64,000 nucleotides of DNA from Rebecca billardiae RCC1528. Lineage: Eukaryota; Protista; Haptophyta. The translations under genes and the position numbers were made by a program. Below, piece by piece: positions 10,613-20,560 of this stretch (position 1 is the stretch's first letter; every line of letters starts with the position of its first letter). The stretch spans positions 2,108,001 through 2,172,000 of the forward strand of contig OZ251232.1 of assembly GCA_965240325.2 (NCBI GenBank), read 5' to 3'. Below the pieces are notes generated by a model. The model made no database searches. It saw nothing but the letters and a program-made list of their open reading frames with translations, and was not told where the DNA came from.

Positions 10613-10858
10613 CCTTCCGGCGGGTTTGTTCTTTAGCCTGGTGTTGTTCCTTCACCAGCGTTCCGACGGGCCGCGGGCCATCCGCCGTCCCGCTCTCATG
10701 AGCCTTTCAGGGACGGATCTTCACCCCGTTCAGCGGGAGTGAAGAAAGAAGCGCACTTTCGGGCGAAAGAGCGTTGCGCAACCGGATTCGAAACCGCGTT
10801 ATGTTAAGCTTTTGAGCCGAGTCCTTAACCACTCGGACACGCAAAAGCCCCCACGACG
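10546..10858 (-). mobile_element. tRNA-headed fold-back element E2 (67-bp perfect TIRs)
   Basis: 10546-10612 and 10792-10858 are exact inverted repeats. Minus strand reads GTGTCCGAGTGGTTAAGGA (A box/D-arm), CTCAAAA, and GTTTCGAATCC (B box). Shares GTGCGCTTCTTTC and AGAACAAACC with E1. Confidence 0.7.
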
Positions 10859-11023
10859 CTCCCTGCCGCAAACGTCACACAAACCCAGCGCACCGTTTGG
10901 GTGCTTGGCCTTGGGCCCAGGAGAGGCGCGGCCGCGAGCCGGGCAACCCATGACGGCGTTGGGAGCGACGGCGGATGGGTTGCAGATGGGCACCCAGGCC
11001 CAAGAAGACTTGATAGTGCTTGT

Positions 11024-12228
11024 TCTGGTGAACACAGCTTTTAAACAATTTTAATTCGTGAGAAAGCCCTGGGAGACCCAGCTCCGACCCCCTTTAATTG
11101 GGTGTCACCTACTGCTGTCCAAAGTAATATCGGAGTAGGAATACGAACAATGGACCCCGAAACGATTTTTGATTAGGCACGCCTCGGGAATCGAGAACGC
11201 ATGTCGTTACCTTTTTGAGCGCGCATCATAGGGATGTCGTTGCGATTCCCACATAGGACGCTTTTCTACGACCATCCGCTCCCACCTTGAGGAACCGCGA
11301 CGAGTGCTTTCGCCGCCGCGCCGCGTGCGCTCGGCACACACGATTGAGTATGACGAACGAGCTCAGCGCGCTGCTGCAGGCGGCGAAGGCCGCGCGCGAC
11401 ACGCAGAATGGCGCTCATCCGGCGTGGCTCGACGACGCTGCCGGCACTCGCGCTCGCACACACGTGTGCGACGAGGATCAGCTGTCCGCGGGCCTCCGCC
11501 GAACCCAGCGCCAGATGCCATCGTCGGCGTCGCGAGGAACTGCGCCGATCTGGCGGAGATCCAGCGGCACGTGGCGGCGATCAAGCAGCCGCAACCGCAT
11601 CAGATGACGTGCACGAACGGCCTCATGGAGAAGCTTGTACCACAAGCCTACCTCGCCGACTTGCCCGACTATTACTGGCTCACTGGCTCGTCATCAACAG
11701 GCGCGGCCTTCGAGCCGTCACCCGCGCCGCCCGCGGCTCGCGGCGCCATCGCGGAGGTGCGTGCCCGCCGGCGCGAGCTGCACGACGCAACATGCACACC
11801 GACGCGAGCCGCTCGTACCACGTCGTGCCCGACGGGCCGTGCTCAGCGACGGCTGCAGGAGTCTACGCCGTGCAGTCGGTTGTGCCCTGCGCCGCTCGCC
11901 CCGCACCTGCAGACCGGTGGGCCATCCGCGGTGCGTGCCGTTGCCGCGCAGTCGTGCCCGAGCGGCCGTGCGCAGCGACGACTGCATCGACGCGCGCCTC
12001 GCCGTGCGCCTCGGTGGGCCTTGCAGAAGTGCCGCGCTGCCGCGCCGCTGGCTTAATCGCACGCGCGACTGCGGCGCGCCACCGGATGATCCCGTTAGTC
12101 AGCGCTGAACGGCCAACTCGTCCCATCGTCGTCGGGTCTGCCGGCCCTAACCAGCTTCTCCGTCGCGTCCTAGACGCGCTGTGTTCGACCAGCCCCACCG
12201 GGACAAGGCCGCCAGGCCCCCGCTGTTT
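11024..12228 (+). mobile_element. Non-autonomous Helentron-like element, copy 1
   Basis: 5' ~250 bp and 3' ~300 bp shared with 20754-21759. Asymmetric inverted repeat TGGTGAACACAGC (5' end) vs GCTGTGTTCGACCA about 40 bp from the 3' end. No TSD. Confidence 0.6.
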
Positions 12229-12619
12229 AGTAATACCGGCTTGGTCGTCGATTCCCCACGTCTTGGCGGGTTGTCCGATGACCGATGGAAGCTTCGGCCA
12301 CGGCGAGGTTTCAGTGTTCGGCGGCTAGAGGCCAGAAACTTCCGCCGATTTTTTGGCTCATCATTCTGAAGACTGAAATAACCTGCTCAGATCTGCTCAT
12401 ACAAAAATGGCGGGCTCACGGCCGATGGCGGCGGAGTTGGCGGTGGCGCTACGGCCGGGCTTTCTGAGGCGCCTATGTGTGGGGCATCTACTATCTAGCG
12501 CTCACTGGGGACCATGTGGCTGTGACAGTGACCCCCTCGCCTACCGATGCACGCATCATAAGTGTCACAGAATTTGATCAATGGGGTCGATCTTTTGATT
12601 CACGGGCGGGGTTTTGACG

Positions 12620-15600
12620 CTAAGACTGTAGTCGTAGTAGCCTACTGCGTGACAGTGACTGCCGCCTGGTCAGGTCCGCGGCGAGCGCGTCGCACAGCAG
12701 CCGCGCGCTCACTGCGGTGTGCACGCCGGCGCGCCACGGGATGGCGAGCTCGCCGAAGAGGTTGGTCGACACATCTGGCGTGGTGCGCAGCGAGAGCGGC
12801 GCCGTGCGCTTCACGCTCCCAAAGTCACTCGCGTCCGCGGTCTCGTCGTCGAGGTGCACGACGACGACTGGCCGCGTGGCTGCGATGCGCAGCATGATCG
12901 TCTCGAGCTGGGGGTCGCGCGGCCACCAGACCAGCACCACCTCCCCGTGCGCGAGCTCCTGGCTGGCCGCGGCGCCCGGCGACGCGCTCAGCTGCGCGAG
13001 CGTCGTGCCAGCGCGCCCGCCCGCAAGGACGCTGGCCTCGTGCGGGTCGACGCCAAAGTGGGCGATCGGGTGCACCGCGCCGTCGAGCGCGGCGGGCGGG
13101 ATCGCATGGCGCGGCACGATGCACGCGCACGCGGCCACGTCTCGCGCGTGCAGGGCTGCGCGCGCCGCCGCTCGCAGCGTCGCCTTGCGCGCGCTCGAGC
13201 TGCCCCCGAGCACGACGCCGTGGCCGAACGTGTCCGCGCGCAGCAGGAGAAGGCCTGCGTAGAGTGACGGCGGCGGTGGCGAGCCGAGCGGGGGCGCGGG
13301 CGCGAGCAGGTCGCCGTCATCCTCGGCAGGCGGCTTGGCGCCGAGCGTCACCGCAAACTCGTGCGCGCCCGGGCCCAGCGCGATCGCCTCCGATGCCGCC
13401 GCGCCGCGGGCGGGGGCACCGCCTGCCGCTTGGGAGGGGACGACTGACGCAAAGGACAGCGCGCCCTTGCGCAGGTGCTCGAAGAGGCGCAGGCCGGCCT
13501 CCGACTTGACGTCCGCGCTGCGCTGCGCCGTATTGCTGCCCAGCCGCAGCGTCGGCTTGCCCTCGACGCGCTCGCGGTACGGCTGCAGCACGCCGATCTC
13601 GCGCATCTGCTCGCAAAGCTCCATCAGGGACATGCTCAGAAAATCCTTCTCGCGGAAGTAGCGGATCGCCCGCGTCTCGTCAAAGAGGATGGGCGCGAGC
13701 TCGCGCACCTCGGGGTCGTCCGCCGCCTCGCACTCGGCGCGCATCGTGGCGAGGCTCCCGCCGCCGTGCATGCCGGTCGCCTCGAACACGACGACCATCG
13801 GCTTGCGCTGCCGCTTCATCTGCACGAGTTCGCGCACGCAGTTGGGCGACTGAAAGTAGCCGCCCGAGATGAAGACGAGGACGAGCTCGGACGAGTCCAC
13901 GATCTCCTCGAGGCGCGAGATGTCAACCAGGTCTGGGCGCGCGGCGGTGCGGTGGCGGGCGCAGCGGTGGACGTGGCGGCAGCGTACGGTGCCACGCACG
14001 CGCGGGCGCGGCCGAGGTGTTCAGAGCGGCCGCCGTGGGCGGCGGCGGGCGGAGCGGCCGCGCGGGGCGGCCCAAAAGAATGACGGGCCAGCTGCCGGGG
14101 CGCGAGCTCGCGCACAGGCCGGGCGCGGGCGCGCGCGCGCGCGCACGCCGCGCACCGTCCACGTCGAGGAAGACGCGCAGGTCACGGAAGTGCGCCGTGA
14201 GCAGCTGCTTGAGCGCGCGCGCCTGGTCCTGGCCCGTGCGCCAGCGGTGCGAGACGAAGACCGAGTACCACGGGAACACGGCCGCGGGGCCCTGCCTCTT
14301 GTCCGGCTTGCGGCCTGCCGCGCGCGCGCAGAGGGCGCGCGCGCCGTCCTCGAGCGACGGCGCCTTCTGCGCGGAGACCGACTCGCCTTGCGCGTGGCGG
14401 CGGACGGCCGGGCGGCGCACGCTCGTCGCCGCCACGATCTGCCGCCCGTCAATCCGGTCGCGGATGATCTGCAGCGACTGCTCGCGCAGCCGCTCCGAAG
14501 ACCACACGGCCGCGCCGCCGACCATCACAAAGACGGTCGTGGCCACCATCAGCCGGCCGAGCGGGTCGGCGCTGTACCGCGCCTCGGCCTCGTCGATGCC
14601 AGCGAGGAGAGCGAGGGTGTGCGTCTCGGCGTTCAGGGTCGCCGCGAGCGCGACGACCATCACGAGCACCAGGCCCGCGTGCGCGAGCAACCCGACCAGG
14701 TGGTTGGCCGCGCTCTCAAGCGGCTTCTGGTACACGTACGCCAGGGTGAAGGCGAGCTGGGGACGAGCATGCACGCCGGGCGCAGAGGTGCGGCGCGGGG
14801 CGCACGCGCCGCATGGTGAGCGCCGTGTGCTTCGACGGAGCTGTCACTGATGTCGCCCCACTGGGCGCGCGCCCTCGCACTCCCAACCGGCCGCCCAGAC
14901 GCGCGCGCGGCGCTGAGCTGAGGCGTGTACGCGGCGCGCTGCGGTGGGCGTGCGATGGCGCGCGCGCGCGAGCGGGAGCACGAGCGCACACCTGGACGGC
15001 CGAGGCGATGATGAGCCACATGGACGACGTCGTGGAGCGCGAGAGGCGCACGTCCAGAAACACGGAGGTGATCGGCGGCAGCGCGCAGATCGAGACTTTG
15101 CGCCAGCACTCGAGCGCCTCCCACCAGCGGTGCGACGGGCGCGTGCCGACGACGAGCGCGCCGAGGCCCTCGCGGCCCGCCTCGGAGCGCAGCATCGTGA
15201 GCAGTGTGCCTGGGAGGAGGAGGCCGTACACGACGCTCATGCAGATCACGAACGGCCGGATGGCCAGGTGCTCGGCGCCGCCGCACTCCACGCGCATGTC
15301 CACCACCATGTAGCTGGGCGCGTGCGCGTCGGTCGAGTCGAAGGACGTGCACGACCAGTACCCGAAGAGCGCGTAGCTCGCGGAGGGGAGCAGCAGGTAG
15401 CCCACGTACAGCACCGGCGAGGAGGCGTGCAGCGCGAGGAAGGACGCGATGGCGGCCGAGCTCTCGCCGACGAGCGCGCCCTCGTCGCGCCGCGCCGCAA
15501 ACGCCTGCACGACAGCGAGAGGCACCGACGCGAAGAGCACGCTCAGCGGCGCGAGCGTGTAGCTCAGCAAGAGCTGCCTGTACGAGAGGCGCACGCACAC

Positions 15601-17665
15601 GTGCTCGGATAGGAGCGCCATTAAATCGAACTTGAACGGCCAGAACAGCTCGGCGATCCGAGCGAACTGCGCGGGCAGCGGCACATTTTCCGCGTGGAAA
15701 ATGTGCTCGAGCAGCACCACCACCTGCACGAACGCCAGGAGCATCCGACCGCCGACCGTGAGGCTCACCCACGCGCTCGAGGCGAGGAGGATGGCGAGGG
15801 CGCGCCGCGCGGCCATCGCGAGCAGCGCGACGACGAGCACGACGACGACGAGCAGCGCGACTGCTTTGATGATACTCCCCGAGAGGCCTCCGCTGCCGCC
15901 GTGCGCGGCCGCCGAGCACCCGTAGCACGTCTCGCCGTCATCGCCGAGGACGCCCGTCGCGACCGAGCACGCCGGTCCGGAGCGGCACGGCGCGCACACG
16001 CCGCCCTCGAGGCACGCGTCCTCGGGCTCGCAGCGGTGCACGTCGCTCGACAGCGCGCGCGCACGCCAGTGGCCCGCGTCCAGCACAACCGTCTCAAGCG
16101 AGACGCCAGGCTCTGTGCAGCGCATGGCGCGCTGGCACTGCTTGCACAGGCCGGTCTGGCCGTCCCACAGATAGCCCGCGGCGCAGACGGTGCACGCCGC
16201 CTCGCTCGACGAGCCCTCGAAGAGCGTCGCCGAGAAGGGGCGCGTGTGCGTGCACGGCGTGCACGACTCCTTCGTCCACCGGTCCGAAAAGTAGCCCTTC
16301 TTGCACTTCTGGCACGCGCCGAAGCCGAGCTCGTACCCCGGCGCGCACGCCCACGCGCCGGGCACGGGACCGTCGAAGAGGTTGTCCTTGAGCGAGAGGA
16401 AGGTGAGCGAGGACATGGTGCCCACCTCCGTCGGCACCGTGCCGGACAGCGAGTTCACGCCCAGGTGGAAGTAGTACAGCTTGTGCATCTGCCCAAGCTC
16501 CGTCACGACGGGGCCCGTGAGCGCGTTGTCAAAGAGCGAAAAGTAGTGCGTGTCCCACAGGCGCCCGAGCTCGGTGGGGATGGCGCCCGAGAGCGAGTTG
16601 GAGTCTGCGCGGATAACGCGTGCGCGCGCGACGTCAGGCGGCAGGTGCGGCGGGTCCGCAGCCAGTCGCGAAGACCGACGCGCCGCAAGCCGTGCGAGCG
16701 TGACGGCAGACACTGCACCCGGAGGGCGGCCCGTCGCGGCGCTGTCTGCGCGCACAGAGATAAATCGTGTGGATACTGTGCATCTTGCCCAGCTCGGTGG
16801 GAATCGTCGCGCCGAAGTCGTTGGTCGAGATGTTGAATGTCACAAGGTCGGCCAGCGCGCCCAGCTCCGACGGGAGGGTGCCACCCAGCCGATTCTCTTC
16901 GAGATACAGCGCGGTGAGCTTCGAGGTCAGAGCAATCTCAGTCGGCACCTGGCCATCAAACGAGTTGCCCGAGAGCGCGGCGTAGTACAGCTTGTCGCCC
17001 AGCGCACCGAGCTCGGTGGGGAGCGTCCCACCGATTGAGTTCTTGTCGACAGAGAAGTACGCCAGCGAGGGCATACCACCCACTTCTGTCGGGAGGTCGC
17101 CGGCGAGTGAGCAGCTGCTGATGTACAACTCGCGTGCAGCGCTCAGACCGGACAGCTCGGTCGGCAGCGTGCCGCCCACGCCGCTGTACGAGAACTGAGC
17201 GTTCGTGAGCGCCGCAAGGGTGCCGATCTCCGTCGGGAGCGTCGACGATTTGAGCGCGTTGTCGTACACAGAGATGTATCGCATCGAGTGCAGCCGCCCG
17301 ATCTCCGTCGGGAGCTCCTCGAGCTCGTTGTAGTACAGGTGGAGGGACGTGAGCGAGGCGAGCTCGCCGATCTCTGTGGGCAGTGAGCTGAATGCGTTCG
17401 CGGACGCGTTGAGCAGCTTGAGCGAGCTCAGAAGCCCCATCTCCGTCGGCATCGCGCCTCGGAGCGCGTTCATGTCCAGCCGCAAACGCGTGATCGCCGT
17501 CGACAGCTCGCGGCCAATCTCGGTCGGGATCGTGCCGGTGAGCGACGCGAACGCAAACGATGGCGAATTCGAATCATTCACAGCGCGTAGTTGCTCGAGG
17601 TCAAGCACGCCAGCGCGCCCCAGGTGGGCGCCCAGCAGGAGCACGAGCGCGACGATAGCGCGCAT
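12620..17665 (-). CDS. Secreted-pathway receptor: signal peptide, LRRs, Cys-rich repeats, multi-pass TM region, cytoplasmic TIR plus a degenerate second TIR-like domain
   Basis: Exons about 17665-16756, 16604-14992, 14756-14156, 13932-12620 (GT-AG). Plant-type LRRs (LxGxLPTEIGxLxxL), CxxCxxG motifs, 7-9 hydrophobic helices, TIR motifs VFVSHRW.TGQDQ, VFLDVDDL, YFQSPNCVREL. Confidence 0.85.
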
Positions 17666-17828
17666 CTCAGGCTCAAAAAGTGCGTGGGCGTTTGCAGACC
17701 CCTCGCGTCCACAATTAATGTTATTGCATCGTCATGGCCTATTTTTGTTGGTGATATGTATTGTTTTGAAAAGCCAAATAAAAATGGCCGGCGGCGCCAA
17801 GCTCGTAGCATCAGCACCGACAGTTCAA

Positions 17829-18021
17829 GTTGGACGGCGCAGAAGTAGTATTGATCATAGTAGCTGCTGCTACGCGCTGCACAGTCTGATGAGTCGTCAG
17901 GCTCATCAGGCAGCTATAATACGGTTGGACGGCGCAGAAGTAGTATTGATGATGATCATAGTAGCTGCTGCTACGCGCTGCACCGAGTCTGATGAGTCGT
18001 CAGGCTCATCAGGCAGCTATA
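17829..18021 (+). repeat. ~95-bp tandem duplication, each unit containing the hairpin ctgatgagtc-gtca-ggctcatcag
   Basis: Unit gttggacggcgcagaagtagtattgat...gcagctata begins at 17829 and again at 17924. Confidence 0.9.
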
Positions 18022-20560
18022 TAATATATATATATATGTGGTGTTATAATTGGCACAATAACTGACGACGAGTGTCTGCTAGGAGCGACACCATGACCAA
18101 GCAGATCCGGCTCGCTGGCGGCATCATCAACCATTCAACCAACTTCTCCGCGGCGGGCCGCGCCGCTGGCCAGCGCGCGCGCAGCAGTCCTGGTGACACC
18201 TAGTTCCGCGCAGCTGCCCATCCGGCCGGCACCGCCGGCGCCTGCAGGACACGGTACTTTCGGCAAGCACTCATTTGGCAGCGTGGCGGCCCAAGGGACC
18301 CACCGGGGGCGTCGCGATGCGTGCGCCGAACCGGGCAGGGGGCTCCGACGACACCGGGGCTGGGCTTTCCTCCGACCGCTCTCTTGAGCTCGGCTCACAG
18401 GAAGTGTACGCCTTTGGCAGTCCCCTCTGCTCGGTGAGGTTGTCTGCTGTCCGCGCCTTCGCCCTGCAGTGCCGCACCGCTCGCCTCGAGTTGCCCATCG
18501 TCCCGCACATTCTCGGGTCCAGCGAGTGCGACCAGCATGGCAGCATCAGCACGTGTACGTAGTGCTGCCGCGTCAGCACCGCGGCGGCGGTTCATTGTTT
18601 GCCCACTCTCCCACCCGAGTCTGTCGGGGATAACGGTGCGGCTGATGACTGCTGTGCAACCCGTGCTGTCTGGTCAGCCGTCGGCCGTCGACCTCCGTGA
18701 CTGATGACGGCAGACGGACCTCACGGGCGGCCCTCTCGACCACGGGCAGCCAGTAGTGAGCTGCGGCCTCAGGCCGCAGACCGCACTCGGCCCGCGCCCG
18801 TCGTTCGTTGCTGATGGTATGATAAAATCCCAATAACCTATGTATATATATATGACCGCGTTCCGCGGTCCTTTTCCGTAGAACGAACGTAGTTCGGGGC
18901 CCGCGGTGGCGGTGCACCCTCCGTCGCAGTCGTCCCGTACGTAACTAGACTCCATCCAGCGGCGCGCCGCCCAGCGCCGCGCCGCCGCCGGCCCGGCCCG
19001 GGCCGGCCGGGCGCGGGCGCGTCGGCGGCTGGCGTGCGCCGAGTGTGGATGTCGGTCGTCGGCCGAGCTGCCCTCATCACAGACGGCCCTTACCTGACCC
19101 CCTGCGCGTGCGCGACGGCCGACAGGCGGATGCGACTCGGCGTGATCGACGCACGAGCGCGACTCTTGCACGCCAGGCCACCGGCGGAGGGGCGGGACCG
19201 CGCATTCGACCGTTCGTTCGGGCCTGCCGCTGACCGTCGTCGCCGCGACGCCAGCAGCGCAGGAGTAGATGATCTGCAGGTCAGTAGGGTTCGACCTGCG
19301 CGCCTGCGCGACGGCCGACAGGCGGGCGCGAGGCGTGAGCGACGCATGAGCGCGACTCTACGTGCACACCAGGCCCGACACGCGGCCTGAGCTGACTGAC
19401 CGAGCCAGGGAGCACGGTGCGAGCAGCCATGCAGCACCGGTGCTTGCGCGCGCCGCGCGTGCACGGGGTGACACACCTCGGTCAGGCTCGGCACGCGTCG
19501 CAGAGGCACGGCCAGCTCTGGGCACGCCAGGCGCCCAGGCCACGCGGAGCTGACAGCCACGGGGAGCCGACGGCGCCGGGGCCGCGGCCAGTTCGACTTG
19601 CGCCTGCTCTGAAGAAGAGTTCTGGGAGACCCTGGCGGAGAGGCATGGCAAGGGGGGCGTGTGGTGAAGTCGGAGACTCAGAGATCGATCAGTCCGGCAT
19701 CATGCGCCGCTGCCCCCGAGCTTGCGAGAGCCCGAACACAGGGCGGCGGCTGCGGCGGCGGCGGCGCGGCCGCGCGGCCGGCCGCGCAGGCATCGACAGG
19801 GCGCTGCAGGGGCGTGCGGAGTGACTAGTGAGCGGGCACGAACGCGATGTCGACGGCCGTCGGGACCCGCCGCAGACGCGCGCTCCAGGCGCCACTCGGC
19901 ACTCGCCACGCGCACCTGCCCATCGAGCGCCCCCTAGTGGACCAAGAGTTGTCGCGGCTCGCTCGCCACCCCCGAAGAAACCTGCGCACGTGCTTGCGAC
20001 GGCGGCAGTTTTTGAGCTCGCCAGCTCGGTAAGTCAGTGACTACTGACTATATGGAATGGGCTGGCAACGAATAGCTGCGCGGGTATTTTCAATAAGGCT
20101 TGCGGGTTTTAGACTCTAGATACCAACCGCCGCGAAGCCAAGTTCATATTCATCAAGGCGGAGGCAAACTATCACACATGAACGAGAGTCTACCCACAAA
20201 ATTTACCCAGCCTGGCACACTTGGGCGTGGGTTTCGTTGATTCCTCTGTTCACTATTCAAGACGGCGGACGCGTCCTTTTTCGACGAGGATGCACCTGTA
20301 AGGGAGTCTCAAAATTCGAAACTCGGTCTCCTCCAGCCCTGAAAATCGTCCCCCGTCCCTTTTTTCTTTGATCAAAGATCTTTTTGAAACGTGGTTCGGG
20401 CCCGCTGGTGCGGGCTCCACGCTGCGCGCTCCGCCCTGCACCGCGGGCCATGACGCATTCTATGTGTCTGCTGCACTCTGAGCCTGACCGGCTTGCCGGT
20501 TGCATACCACCTCGTTACTATACTATATATACTATATATTTATTAGTATATATATCTATA

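Noticed and set aside
17886-18012. Hammerhead or C/D snoRNA from CTGATGA
   Set aside because: CTGATGA is sequestered in a simple hairpin, with no GAAA core or properly placed D box.
18060-20500. Possible gene or element in this intergenic stretch
   Set aside because: Only short fragmentary ORFs and a ~25-bp local repeat (about 19105 and 19300); no motif or boundary that can be supported.
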